From NCBI GenBank assembly GCA_044376115.1, contig JBILLK010000002.1:64001-128000 (forward strand): 64,000 nt of DNA, read 5' to 3'. This document shows positions 36,658 through 46,306 of this stretch, one piece after another. This stretch comes from Polyangiaceae bacterium. GTDB taxonomy: Bacteria > Myxococcota_A > Polyangia > Polyangiales > Polyangiaceae. The translations under genes were made by a program, and so were the position numbers. The notes beneath the pieces were generated by a model. It had not been told where the DNA came from, made no database searches, and was given only the letters and a program-made list of their open reading frames with translations. Within the stretch, counting starts at the first letter, position 1. The number at the start of each line of letters is the position of its first letter.

Positions 36658-37285
36658 GTTTCACCGCGAGGTTCGCGAGGAACTCGGCGACGTCCTCGCA
36701 GGTGTCGATTGCGTCCTCCAAGATCTCAACGACTTCCTTCTCGCGGATCAGCGATCGCGCATCGAGCGAGGCGTCGGCAAACAGGGCTCGCATCGTTTCA
36801 CGGTAGATTTCATCGCCTTCCTTCTCGAGCACCTTCAGCTCGCGGCGACCTTGGCGAATGCCGTCCCAATCCGCTTTGCGCAACAGCGGCAATACGTCGG
36901 CGACCTTGGCCGAGGTGCGAACCAAGAGGCCCATCAGCTTGGCCGCCGGTTCGCTGGGCGTATCGATCGAAAACATGTCGAAGGCGCTGGCCGTCGCATG
37001 GGCGCGATCTGCGATGTCGTCGAGCAAGGTGGAGAGGCGGTGAATGTCCTCGCGGTCGAGCGGCGTGACGAAGGTCTGTGCTAGCGCATCCTCGAGCTCG
37101 TGAGCCACCTTGTCCGCCTCCTTTTCACGAGCGTGGACCTCGTTCCTCACCTCCTTGATGTCGCCGTCCACCAAGCGATGGAGGGCGACGGCCGCTTTGT
37201 GCGCAAGCGCTGCCTGCTGTTCAAGGTAGTCGTAAAAGCGATCTTCCTTGGGGAGGATGATCCGGATCACGTCCTGCAGAACCAT
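36650..37285 (-). CDS. DUF47 / Pit accessory phosphate transport regulator
   Basis: E.EAD, TFVTPLDREDI, LDDIAD, E.EGD, LEDAID.CEDVA; upstream of pit. Confidence 0.93.
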   Translation of the reverse strand: MVLQDVIRIILPKEDRFYDYLEQQAALAHKAAVALHRLVDGDIKEVRNEVHAREKEADKVAHELEDALAQTFVTPLDREDIHRLSTLLDDIADRAHATASAFDMFSIDTPSEPAAKLMGLLVRTSAKVADVLPLLRKADWDGIRQGRRELKVLEKEGDEIYRETMRALFADASLDARSLIREKEVVEILEDAIDTCEDVAEFLANLAVKHG

Positions 37286-37340
37286 GGGTGGCTCTTACAC
37301 TGTTTGCCCGGGCTCAACCATGGGGCATCGTGGTTGTCAC

Positions 37341-38096
37341 CTATCTGTCACTGCAGCAGCGAAAGCCGGTGGTGTAGTCGCGATAGTGTTCATCGTGGCC
37401 GGTGGTTTCGTAGCGGCAGCCTTCGCCGAGTGAGCTCGTGTCCAAGTAGAAACCGCCGCGCATGGTTCCGCCGGCTTCGGCCGTCCATTCGTGAAGGTTG
37501 CCCACCATGTCCTGCGCACCGTTCTCGCTGCTGCAGCGATGAAAACGCCCGGTGCGTGCAACTCCGCCTGGGACCAACTGCAAACGTGGATCGTTCATTG
37601 TGTCGAAGCCCCACGTCTCACTGGACGCAGGTCGCGCAAAGACCACGGCCAAAGGCTCGACCGCAGCGTCGTTGCAGGCGCCGGTTCGTCGGCGCGTGCC
37701 GTAGGGGAAGGCCGTCTTTTCGTGGCCCATGCAGGCGCTCAGCCATTCGTCCTTGCTGCATAGTCGCTTGCCGGCGGCCTCGCAGGCCGCGCTCGCGTCT
37801 CGTTGGGAGAAGTGCGCCTGCGGCAGTACGCCGCGCGCGCTGACCGCGCGCAGCTTGGCTTTGCCGGGCGGCTTGTTGGGCGGGTGTACGCGCACGACTG
37901 CGCCTTCCGCCGAGAGCTCTTCCACGTGGGCCTCGTAGCGGTCGATGCACGAGCCGCCGTTCAGCACCATCTCACTTGGGCAACCGCTGTTGCTCTCTTC
38001 GCCCGGCGTCGAGCGGGACTCCTTCTCGGCGCGCTGAGCTTGCTTGCACGAAGCCAATAGCAGCCACGCGAGCGTTGCCCAGCCGCGCGACCTCAG
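37341..38096 (-). CDS. FGE-sulfatase (SUMF1) domain lipoprotein
   Basis: Lipobox LASC, CPSEMV, CIDRYE, AC..AGKRLC..EW, DMVGNLHEW, GFRCC; start uncertain (CTG 38096 proposed). Confidence 0.85.
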   Translation of the reverse strand: MRSRGWATLAWLLLASCKQAQRAEKESRSTPGEESNSGCPSEMVLNGGSCIDRYEAHVEELSAEGAVVRVHPPNKPPGKAKLRAVSARGVLPQAHFSQRDASAACEAAGKRLCSKDEWLSACMGHEKTAFPYGTRRRTGACNDAAVEPLAVVFARPASSETWGFDTMNDPRLQLVPGGVARTGRFHRCSSENGAQDMVGNLHEWTAEAGGTMRGGFYLDTSSLGEGCRYETTGHDEHYRDYTTGFRCCSDR

Positions 38097-39097
38097 TTGC
38101 AGCTGCCTTCTTCGTCCCCGCCGAAGACGTTGGTCCAATAAACGCCGTATTGTCCGCCACCCGTCGCGCGCCCAATGCCCACGACGGTGAAGCTGCCACC
38201 GAGCATGTTCGCGTTGTGACCCGGGCTGTTCTTCCATTGGTTGAAGGTCGCTTGTGCGCCGCTGTTACCCGCCGCGATGTTCTCTGCCATCGCCGTGCTC
38301 GGCCCGCAACCGAGCTCATAACACGCGTCACACGACCGACCCCAGGGCGAAGAGCCGTTGAGGCCGGTGTGGTCGAAGTAGTTTTGATCGCGCATGTCTT
38401 CGCTGTGCCCTTGCGCGGCGCGGTTGAGCGACGTGCAGGCGGTGACAGGCCCGAGGTTGTTTTGTGCGCGATATTGATTGAGCAGACCAACGAAAGCCTG
38501 CTCTTCGGCGTCCAGCGTCGTGGTCGCATCGCCGGCGCCTGCGCAGCCGGAGGGCGAGCCACAATCGCTGGCGCAGTTCTCCTGCGTCTCGCCCGGGTCA
38601 CAGGTGCCATCGCCACACTCGGGGCCGCAAGGACCACAATCGGCAGCGCACGATGCGCAGGTCTCGCCGCCGTTGCAGCTCCCGTCACCACAGCTCACGC
38701 AAGGACCACAATCGGCAGCGCACGACTCGCAGCTCTCGCTCGCCTCGCAGGTTGCGTCTCCGCACACCGGCTGGCATGGGCCACAATCGCTCGGGCAGTT
38801 GGTGCACGTTTCATCGGCGCTGCAGCTACCGTCCCCGCAGCTCTCACTGCACGGCCCACAATCCTGCTGGCAGTTCTCACAGTTCTCGCCGGGGTTGCAG
38901 ACGGCGTCGCCACACTGTGCGGCGTTGCCGCTGCCTGCCTCGCCGCTCGAGCTGCTGCCCGCGCTTCCGCTGCTCGCGTTGGTTCCACCGCCGTTATTCG
39001 CGTCGCCAGCCAACTCGAAGTCCGCAGCGCCGGTCAGTAGGTTGCAACCCGCGAGAAGCGTCGCCGAACACAGCAGCCAACCGAACCGCTTGAGCAT
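38093..39097 (-). CDS. CAP/SCP domain lipoprotein with five Cys-rich repeats
   Basis: Lipobox LAGC; CGDxxCxxxExCxxCxxDCG x5; LNQYRA, HSEDM, FDH, AENIAAG, WKNSPGHNANML. Confidence 0.92.
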   Translation of the reverse strand: MLKRFGWLLCSATLLAGCNLLTGAADFELAGDANNGGGTNASSGSAGSSSSGEAGSGNAAQCGDAVCNPGENCENCQQDCGPCSESCGDGSCSADETCTNCPSDCGPCQPVCGDATCEASESCESCAADCGPCVSCGDGSCNGGETCASCAADCGPCGPECGDGTCDPGETQENCASDCGSPSGCAGAGDATTTLDAEEQAFVGLLNQYRAQNNLGPVTACTSLNRAAQGHSEDMRDQNYFDHTGLNGSSPWGRSCDACYELGCGPSTAMAENIAAGNSGAQATFNQWKNSPGHNANMLGGSFTVVGIGRATGGGQYGVYWTNVFGGDEEGSCN

Positions 39098-39197
39098 GGC
39101 CCATGCTGCCGTGCCGAGCGCGCGCACGGAAGCACACGATCAAAAAAAGCGCTTGAAATCGGCCTGAATCAGAAGATTGTGGCCAGAGCGCAACCGC

Positions 39198-40298
39198 TTA
39201 CGGGCTGTACACTCGGTGCAGCACCACCGGCTCGCCGCCCGCCGACTTGACCACGCTGATCAGATCGGGGCTACCGAGGTCGGGCGTGGAGAACGCCAAC
39301 ACCGAGCTCGGAGGCACGAACGGCGAGAGCACGCCGGAGGAGATCGCGTCGATCCAAGCGCTCACGAGGAGCGGCCCCGGCGCGGCCGGCTCCGAATACA
39401 GCTCACCAAACAGATGCAGCTCGCGCAAAAGCTCGGCGCAGTTCTGATCGCGCGCGAGGCCGAGCACCACGCCGCCTTGCGTAACGAAGTCGAACAGCGG
39501 ACCGGAGAGGATGTCGGCTGCGTGCGCAAGATCGGCGGGCGAGGCCAGCGGCATCGCCGGCAACACGATCACACTCGCTTGCAGGTTGGTCGCAAGAAAC
39601 GCCAGATCCTCTGCAACGGCGGCCGAAGAGAGCATCACCGAGCGGCCGCGGATGTTGGCTTCGTTGTCCAAAATTTGCGTCGCGGTTGTAGCTGCAGGGT
39701 CATTGCCGAAGGCGTTGAAGACCACCGTGCGCAGCGGTTCGTCGGGGTGCAAGAACGCGGAGTTGCCGAGCAGTTTGGCGCCCGACGAACCGACCGCGAC
39801 GTTCGAGTAATCCAGGCCCAGCACAACAGCGTGCCCAGCGAAGGCGCCCTGACATTGGCCGTCGCTGCACAAGCCGGTTTGGCAAGGATGACCGCAATAT
39901 CCGCAGTGCAGAGGGTCGCTGCTCACATCGATGCAAACCCCACCGCAATCGCTGAGCGGCTCGCAAACGAGCCCGCCGCCAGCGCCGCCGCTGGCTTCGC
40001 CGCCCATGCCACCTGCGCCAAAACCGCCACCGCCCTGCTGTTGTCCGCCGCCACCCTGTGGCCCGCCGCCGCTGCTCGCTCCCGCGCCGCCCGCTCCGGC
40101 GAGCCCGCCGCTGCCGCCGCTACCGCCCGCGCCGTTCGTGGTGGTGGCGCCGCTACCACCGCTACCGCCGTTGGCCTCATCGGCCACGCATTGCCCGTCG
40201 CGCTCGAGGTAGCCGACCTCGCAGCGTCCGCCCACGAGCTCAAAGCCGCAGGACAAGGCACCGAGTGCTGCTGCCGCGAGAGCGTGGGACGTTCTCAA
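39198..40298 (-). CDS. Lipoprotein with Gly-rich linker, Stig1/MXAN_6577-like Cys module and alpha/beta C-domain
   Basis: Lipobox ALSC; CGGVCIDVSSDPLHCGYCGHPC; TTG start overlaps ompA stop. Confidence 0.75.
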   Translation of the reverse strand: MRTSHALAAAALGALSCGFELVGGRCEVGYLERDGQCVADEANGGSGGSGATTTNGAGGSGGSGGLAGAGGAGASSGGGPQGGGGQQQGGGGFGAGGMGGEASGGAGGGLVCEPLSDCGGVCIDVSSDPLHCGYCGHPCQTGLCSDGQCQGAFAGHAVVLGLDYSNVAVGSSGAKLLGNSAFLHPDEPLRTVVFNAFGNDPAATTATQILDNEANIRGRSVMLSSAAVAEDLAFLATNLQASVIVLPAMPLASPADLAHAADILSGPLFDFVTQGGVVLGLARDQNCAELLRELHLFGELYSEPAAPGPLLVSAWIDAISSGVLSPFVPPSSVLAFSTPDLGSPDLISVVKSAGGEPVVLHRVYSP

Positions 40299-41701
40299 GG
40301 CGCCGACCCTCGGGCACCGTTGCGCGGGGCGCGCGGCGCTCGCTCTTTAATCTGGAACTCGACGCGGCGGTTTTGCGCACGACCCTGGTCGGTGGCTGCG
40401 CGCACGGCCGGATCGTGCTCACCGAAGGCGCTGACGAACAAGCGGCGCTCCTCTACGCCGAGCTCCATGAGTTGGCTCTTCACGTGGAGCGCGCGTGCGG
40501 TCGAGAGCCGCAGATTGTAGTCCTCCGAGCCGAGGTCGTCAGCGTGCCCCTGGATTTGGATCACGGCGTACTCGGGGTGGCCCAAGATGAAGCTTGCGAC
40601 CTTCTGCAAGAGCTCGCGACTGGCCGGCGTAACCACGCGACTATCGCTGCCGAACTGAAGATGTTCGTCGGTGATGATGTGGGTCTGCGTGGCGCGCAGC
40701 CCGGCCTCGTCGGGGCAGCCATCGCCGTCGAGCACGCCGTTCGCGGTCTCGTCTTCGCCTGGGCAACGGTCGACCGCGTCAGGCACGCCGTCCTGATCTT
40801 CATCAGCGTCTGGGCAGCCGTCCTCATCGCTCGTGCCGTCGAGATCTTCCGCCTCGTTCGGGCACAAGTCGCTCTGATCGAGCAGCCCGTCGCGATCGTT
40901 GTCGTTCTCCGGGCAGCCGTCGAAGTCCTCGAAGCCGTCCAGATCCTCGGCGGCTTGATCGCAGGCGTCGTCGATGTCGTAAATGGTGTCCCCATCGTTG
41001 TCGACTTCGGGGCAGCCGTCTGCGTCCTCGAAGCCATCCCGATCTTCGGCCACGGTCGGGCAGCCGTCTTTCGGTAGCAGCACCCCATCGCGATCGGCGT
41101 CGGGATCCTCGGGCTGACCTGAGCGAGTGGCAGGAAAGAGCGCCCCGTGTAAGCCAAAGACCGCGATGCGTGCGTCGTCGGGGCGGAGACTCCCAGCGTC
41201 TGGCTCGATCATTTGCACGTAGCCGACGAACGGGCCGGCCGAGAAGTCCTGCGACATCGCATCAAAGCCGATCGCCGCACGAATGGCGGGGCGCACGAAT
41301 TCGCCGGTGAGTCCGGCTCCAACGCCGCCGGCAAGCCAAAGACCGTCGGCTGAGAAGGCTTCGTCGGGATTGTCCCCAGCGAGCGGAGACAACGGTCGCA
41401 GTCGTGGACCGACCGTCGAGAAGCCCGCTAAGCCGGCCTCGGTGGCCTGGACTCCCTCGGGGCGCGGTGCATCGGGCTGCCCGGCCAGGGCGACCGCACC
41501 GAGGCACAACTCGAGTCCGAGCGCGTCGCCCAGCGCGAGCTCGGGCGTTACCGTCGCAGCTCCACCCCAGCTGAACTGCTGTGCCTTCTCCGCTTCTGCG
41601 GGATGCGCGGCAGCCGCTTCAACGTGAAGGCTGATTCGGGGACTCGCCTCCGCCGACCTCGCCCATGCGAGAGCTCCGAGGGCCAGAATGCGAAACTGCA
41701 T
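40295..41701 (-). CDS. OmpA-family protein with thrombospondin type-3 repeats
   Basis: N-terminal barrel, repeats DxDxDG..D..D.CP..AED.DG..D.DGCP, OmpA_C IQGHAD..G..YN..LS..RA, NRRVEF. Confidence 0.93.
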   Translation of the reverse strand: MQFRILALGALAWARSAEASPRISLHVEAAAAHPAEAEKAQQFSWGGAATVTPELALGDALGLELCLGAVALAGQPDAPRPEGVQATEAGLAGFSTVGPRLRPLSPLAGDNPDEAFSADGLWLAGGVGAGLTGEFVRPAIRAAIGFDAMSQDFSAGPFVGYVQMIEPDAGSLRPDDARIAVFGLHGALFPATRSGQPEDPDADRDGVLLPKDGCPTVAEDRDGFEDADGCPEVDNDGDTIYDIDDACDQAAEDLDGFEDFDGCPENDNDRDGLLDQSDLCPNEAEDLDGTSDEDGCPDADEDQDGVPDAVDRCPGEDETANGVLDGDGCPDEAGLRATQTHIITDEHLQFGSDSRVVTPASRELLQKVASFILGHPEYAVIQIQGHADDLGSEDYNLRLSTARALHVKSQLMELGVEERRLFVSAFGEHDPAVRAATDQGRAQNRRVEFQIKERAPRAPRNGARGSAP

Positions 41702-41769
41702 GACCTTTGCAAACGGCGCTTGGTCAAGTTTCTTAACGTCTTGACGAAACAAGTGCGCATTGCCGCCGA

Positions 41770-42873
41770 ATGGTGCAAGAAGGCAGAATGCACGGCTTCG
41801 GCGGACCGGTAGACAAAGTGGTGGGGGCGCTCAGTCGGGTCCTTCACGGTTTGCGGGGTGCGAGCAACAACACCGTCGCGGATCTGGGCCCGTACTTGGA
41901 CGTTCCCCCGGAGGAGCTGTACCCGGCCCCGGCGGTACCGCGCGACGTGAAGGTGACCCGAGCCCGCTTCAACCTGAGCCCGCGAGCGGTCTCCACGCTC
42001 AAGTGGCATAGCCAGCACGTGGTGCTGTGCCCGCATTATCGGGCGCGCCACGCCAGTGACTACCTGGTGAATCAGCGCGTGGTTGCGCGCTGGATTCACC
42101 CAGCTTCCGGGCCGCGCCGGCGCGCTCTGATCTACGTTCACGGCTGGCTAGAGCCGGGGCCGTGGGTGGAGGAAGCCTCGTTCTTGCCGCTCATCCACAA
42201 CGAACTCGGTGTCGATGTGCTGCACATCCAGCTGCCGTTTCATGGCAGCCGCAATCCCAAAAGCGCCTTGTTCCACGGTGAGTTCTTTTGGAGCGCCGAT
42301 CTGGTTCGAACGCTGGAGGCCGTACGCCAATCGGCCTTGGACGTGCGTACGCTGATGGCCTGGTTGCGCACCCAAGGGTACGAGGAGGTCGGGGTGACTG
42401 GGCTGTCGCTCGGCGGCTCGATCACCATGCTGCTCGCCTGCGTGGAGCCAACGCCGGATTACGTGATCCCGATCATCTCCCACCTCCAGCTGGCCGAGGC
42501 GGTCGAGGAGGCCTCCATCCTTTGGCGCATGCGCGAGGACCTCGAGCGCTTCGGCATTGACGCCAGCGAACGAAAGAAGCTCTTCTCACGGCTTGGGCTC
42601 GGCGCGCTCAAGCCCAAACTGCCGATCGATCGGCAGTTGTGGGTGGCGGCTCGTGAGGACCAATACATCACCGCGCGCTTGGTCGAGCGGCAGTGGCGCG
42701 AGTGGGGGGAGCCTCCAATCGAGTGGATCGCCGGAGGCCACATGACGTTCCCACTTCAAGTCGGCCGCATCTTGTCCCGTATGAAGAAGTTTCACAGCGC
42801 GCTCGCGCCATCTGGCTCTCGCGCCCATGGGTCGAATCCGCTAACGTCCTCCGAGGGGGCTGCTCGGCGCTAA
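41770..42873 (+). CDS. Alpha/beta hydrolase (ABHD18/DUF2048-like)
   Basis: VHGW, LPFHGSR, GLSLGG, EDQY, GGH. Confidence 0.85.
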   Translation: MVQEGRMHGFGGPVDKVVGALSRVLHGLRGASNNTVADLGPYLDVPPEELYPAPAVPRDVKVTRARFNLSPRAVSTLKWHSQHVVLCPHYRARHASDYLVNQRVVARWIHPASGPRRRALIYVHGWLEPGPWVEEASFLPLIHNELGVDVLHIQLPFHGSRNPKSALFHGEFFWSADLVRTLEAVRQSALDVRTLMAWLRTQGYEEVGVTGLSLGGSITMLLACVEPTPDYVIPIISHLQLAEAVEEASILWRMREDLERFGIDASERKKLFSRLGLGALKPKLPIDRQLWVAAREDQYITARLVERQWREWGEPPIEWIAGGHMTFPLQVGRILSRMKKFHSALAPSGSRAHGSNPLTSSEGAARR

Positions 42874-42885
42874 GCGACCGAGTAG

Positions 42886-43539
42886 TTGAATCCGTTGCAG
42901 TCAGAGAATCCTTCGCAAAATTCACCGCTTTCGGTGCTGATTCTGGAAGACCATCCGCTCTTGAGCCAAGGGCTGCGAGCGGTCCTCGAGCAGGCGGGCT
43001 ACAACGTCTCCGCACAGCTCTCGTCGTTGGAGCAGTCCCTCTCGCTCGCGGGCGACCACGACGTGGCGGTTGTGGATATCGAGGTGGAAGGCGGCTCGGG
43101 GTTGGAGTTCATTCGCGCCACCCGGGAGCGGAAATTGCCTTGTGTAGTGTTCTCGGCGCACGCCGACGTGCTCCACGTACGTGAGGCCCTGCGGGCTGGT
43201 GCACTCGGGTACGTTCGCAAGTCCGCGCCGCCTGCGATCTTGCTCGAGGCCATCGCGAAGGCCGCCGTGGGCGAGCAGTTCCTTTGCGAGACTGCGTCCG
43301 CCGCGCTCGCCGAGTCGCCACCCACGAGTCAGAGCCAGGTCACGGCGCGGGAGCTCGAAGTCCTTCAGCTGGTGGCGGAGGGCCTAACGACGAAGGAGAT
43401 CGCAGCGCAGCTCGGTATCAGCCCGCGCACCGTGGACACGCATCGCGAGCGCCTTTTGGCGAAGTTCAATGCGCATAACGTCGTCGGCCTCACGCGCGCG
43501 GCGGAGGTCGCGGGTCTTTTGAAGAAGCATCGCCCGTGA
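42886..43539 (+). CDS. NarL/LuxR-family response regulator
   Basis: LEDHPL, VVDI, GALGYVRK, RELEVLQLVAEGLTTKEIA..LGISPRTVDTH. Confidence 0.93.
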   Translation: MNPLQSENPSQNSPLSVLILEDHPLLSQGLRAVLEQAGYNVSAQLSSLEQSLSLAGDHDVAVVDIEVEGGSGLEFIRATRERKLPCVVFSAHADVLHVREALRAGALGYVRKSAPPAILLEAIAKAAVGEQFLCETASAALAESPPTSQSQVTARELEVLQLVAEGLTTKEIAAQLGISPRTVDTHRERLLAKFNAHNVVGLTRAAEVAGLLKKHRP

Positions 43540-43554
43540 GCCCCGCTTCCCGGC

Positions 43555-44397
43555 TCAGCCGGGCGCACGAACGCCGAGTCCAAACATGAGCGGTACCCGG
43601 GCGACCCCGGGCGGCCAAACCCAGCGCCGACCTTCGGCCGCGACCAGCGCCGGATGTTTGCAGCCATTGGCGTACGGCCATTCGACCAAGCGTTCGAGCT
43701 GTAGCCCGGCCTTCACCAACGCTTGCACCGTCTCGGCGAGCCCGTACTGAAAGCTCGCGGCCGGGATCGGATTATCCCCCCGCGGAGCCTGCGTAACGGC
43801 CCCGAGCGAGGCCCCTGAATCCGCGACGTAATCGCCCACCGGCTCAATGAAGGGCCCGCGCTGGAAGTAGTCGTCGCGGGTCAACCCGGCCGCCGCGTCG
43901 AAGGACCAAATCAGCGGATGAAACTCGACCAACACGAAGCGACCATTCGGCGCGAGCACGCGTCGTACTCCGCTCGCCCAACGCTCGAGGTCGGGCATCC
44001 AGCCGACGGCTCCATAGCTCGAGAAGGCCAGCTCAAAGCGAGCCTCGGTCGTCAGCATCCAGTCGCATAGCTCAGCCTCGACGAACGTCGCCGCGAGCTT
44101 GGTCGCCTCGGCCAACCCGCGCGCGAACCGGATCGCCTCGGAGCTGAAGTCGACTCCGGTGACCTTTGCTCCACGGCGTGCCAAACACAGCGAATCTTGG
44201 CCTGCGTTGCACTGCAGATGAACCAGTGAGCGCCCTTCGAGGGCCCCGAGCAGCTCGAGTTCTTCGGGGAACAGCACGTCGCCACCGGCGTTGAAGAAGG
44301 CCGCCTGGTCCCCCTTGTGGCGGTTGTGGTTGCGGGTGGCGATGTCCCAGCTTGCGCGGGTATCGATGGCGGGCTCAAGCGCGCTGGGGGCGGTCAT
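43555..44397 (-). CDS. Class I SAM-dependent methyltransferase
   Basis: VHLQCNAGQDSL, GVDFS, LAPNGRFVLVEFHP. Confidence 0.9.
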   Translation of the reverse strand: MTAPSALEPAIDTRASWDIATRNHNRHKGDQAAFFNAGGDVLFPEELELLGALEGRSLVHLQCNAGQDSLCLARRGAKVTGVDFSSEAIRFARGLAEATKLAATFVEAELCDWMLTTEARFELAFSSYGAVGWMPDLERWASGVRRVLAPNGRFVLVEFHPLIWSFDAAAGLTRDDYFQRGPFIEPVGDYVADSGASLGAVTQAPRGDNPIPAASFQYGLAETVQALVKAGLQLERLVEWPYANGCKHPALVAAEGRRWVWPPGVARVPLMFGLGVRAPG

Positions 44398-45668
44398 GGC
44401 AGCGGGGCCAGGCTTCGAGCGAAGGTGTCTTGCACGGTTCCCTCGTGGTCGATCACGGTGCCGCGGACTTCGGCGCTATCCACCTCGAAAACAATAGCGT
44501 GATAAAAAGCGCCGCTAGCGACGCGGCTATCGCAGTATTCGCGGTCAATCGCGAGGTCCACGTCGCTCAGCACGCCCCCGCCTCCACCGCTCGTGAGGTA
44601 GGTCGGGCCGGCGCCTAGTTCAAACCGCTCATAACCGTGCATATGGGCCTGCAATACAAAAAGCACGTTGGTCTCCTCGAACACCGGTCCGAGGAAGTCG
44701 AACGCGGCGGGATCGTCATTGACGTCGCCGCAAGTGAGCAGCGGTCGGTGAAAGTAGACGACGCTGAAGCGATAGTCTGACCGCTTCGATGCGGCCTCCA
44801 AACCTTGTTGCAGCCAAATGGCTTGCGGCGACCCCTGGGAGATCGGCTCCTCGGTGTTGACGGTGAAGAACCAGACACCGCCCGAGTGGACCTGATGATA
44901 GGTCTCAGCGCCGTCGAAGCCGGCTTCACCGAAGAAGCGCAGCGCATAGGCCGAAAGCTCCTCGTCGTTTTCGATCTCGTGATTGCCGATCGCTGGGAAG
45001 AAGGCACCTTGCGAGAGCATCGGCTGCATGATCGGAAACCACGAGGCCCAGGTCTCGAGCAGCGACGAATAGTATTGGATGTCGCCGCCGTGGATCGTGA
45101 AGTCGGGGTTCATTGGCAGGGCGGCGGCCAGGATGTCGTCGGTTACACCGAGCCCGGGGTTGGTGTCACCGATGGCCATGAAGGTGAACGGCTCCCCGCT
45201 GGGCCGCGCGGTGCAAAAGCGCCCCTGCCGCTCGGCGTCGGCAACGAGTGAATAGCGGTAGCAAGTGCCTGGTTTCAGCCCGCTGAGCGAAGCCTGGTGC
45301 ATGTAATAGATGCCGGCCCAATCGGGAGGCGCGTCCCCCAGTGGATAGGCCGTCTTGGTCAGCTCGAACTCACTCTCGACCGAATCCACCAGCTGCTCCT
45401 CGCCACCCTCTTCCGGCGTAATTCGAATTGCGCCTTCGCTACCAGGAGCGCACGCCTCCCAGCGAACTCGGGCGCTGGTTTCGTCAACGTGAAGGGCCCA
45501 CGGTCCTTTCGAGATCCCCGTGGCGTCGCATACGAGCCCCGCCTGTCCGCCCGCGGCGGTCCCGGTGCTGTTTTGCGTGCTGCCACCCCCAGCCGAACTG
45601 CCGGTGGTTCCGTCATCGCCGCAGCCAACGGCTGCCGCGATCGCGAGGATGCTCAAGGCTCTGCGCAT
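44394..45668 (-). CDS. Purple acid phosphatase-type metallophosphoesterase lipoprotein
   Basis: Lipobox AVGC; FN3-like GLKPGTCYRY; GDT, GDIQY, GNHE, FHRP, AHMHGYER. Confidence 0.92.
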   Translation of the reverse strand: MRRALSILAIAAAVGCGDDGTTGSSAGGGSTQNSTGTAAGGQAGLVCDATGISKGPWALHVDETSARVRWEACAPGSEGAIRITPEEGGEEQLVDSVESEFELTKTAYPLGDAPPDWAGIYYMHQASLSGLKPGTCYRYSLVADAERQGRFCTARPSGEPFTFMAIGDTNPGLGVTDDILAAALPMNPDFTIHGGDIQYYSSLLETWASWFPIMQPMLSQGAFFPAIGNHEIENDEELSAYALRFFGEAGFDGAETYHQVHSGGVWFFTVNTEEPISQGSPQAIWLQQGLEAASKRSDYRFSVVYFHRPLLTCGDVNDDPAAFDFLGPVFEETNVLFVLQAHMHGYERFELGAGPTYLTSGGGGGVLSDVDLAIDREYCDSRVASGAFYHAIVFEVDSAEVRGTVIDHEGTVQDTFARSLAPLP

Positions 45669-45720
45669 GGGCCACGATAGATCAGGAAGCCCGGCGCCGC
45701 TGCACCGTCCGCCGCTTCGC

Positions 45721-45969
45721 CTACGGCTTGGGGGCCGGGCAACAGAAGAGGTGATCAGGCACTGCCAGCTCGCAGCCGTCTGCTTTGGGATCAGCCGGCC
45801 CAAAGTCCCGGTTGGTCGCTGGATACATGAAGGCTTGGGGACGAGCCGAGTCTTTGCAGTTGCCGTCATGCGCCGCGGAGCGTTTGCGACCTTGAGGCGC
45901 GCTCCCGGACGAGCACGACGCCACCATCAGCGCAACCAGCAGGAACCGAAAGACGTTGGCGTTGGGCAC
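45721..45969 (-). CDS. Small lipoprotein
   Basis: Lipobox VASC, four further Cys ending LFCCP. Confidence 0.6.
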   Translation of the reverse strand: MPNANVFRFLLVALMVASCSSGSAPQGRKRSAAHDGNCKDSARPQAFMYPATNRDFGPADPKADGCELAVPDHLFCCPAPKP

Positions 45970-46029
45970 GACGATGACCCCAGGGTCGGTGGCGCTAGCT
46001 CCCGCGTCAACGTCTCTCGGCCAAGCCGA

Positions 46030-46206
46030 TCAGGCGTACACGCTAAGCGATTGGCCCTGTCGCAGCGGCGGAGCCGCGCTCTCGATCAGCGCAATCGCGT
46101 TTTGCCCCTCGAGTTTCTGTTGGTCGAGCGCCTTTTTCGCGACCACAACGGTCTGTGGTGCAGCGGCGCTGACCGCTGAAGTACCGACGGCAGCTGAGAT
46201 ATTCAT
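46030..46206 (-). CDS. YjfB-like putative motility protein (58 aa, below ORF-track cut-off)
   Basis: MNISAAVG…VVAKKALDQQKLEGQNAIALIESAAPP…GQSLSVYA; SD GGAGGT upstream. Confidence 0.75.
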   Translation of the reverse strand: MNISAAVGTSAVSAAAPQTVVVAKKALDQQKLEGQNAIALIESAAPPLRQGQSLSVYA

Positions 46207-46306
46207 GGCAAACCTCCAGGTTTGCTATGCGGTCCTTCGAGCCCCGCTCTTGAGCCACCGAACGGCGATCGGGAAGAACGCTCGCTCCGATGCACAAGCG
46301 CTTGCT

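Noticed and set aside
38540..38925. Regularly spaced DNA repeats (ccacaatcg…) suggesting a CRISPR array
   Set aside because: They encode in-frame Cys-rich protein repeats, are degenerate at third positions, and no cas genes are present
39100..39118. Possible sigma54 promoter before the CAP gene (CGGCACG…)
   Set aside because: No GC at the required GG-N10-GC spacing
45956..46306. N-terminal extension of the transglycosylase ORF
   Set aside because: Antisense to the YjfB-like gene; the TM anchor begins after about 46330
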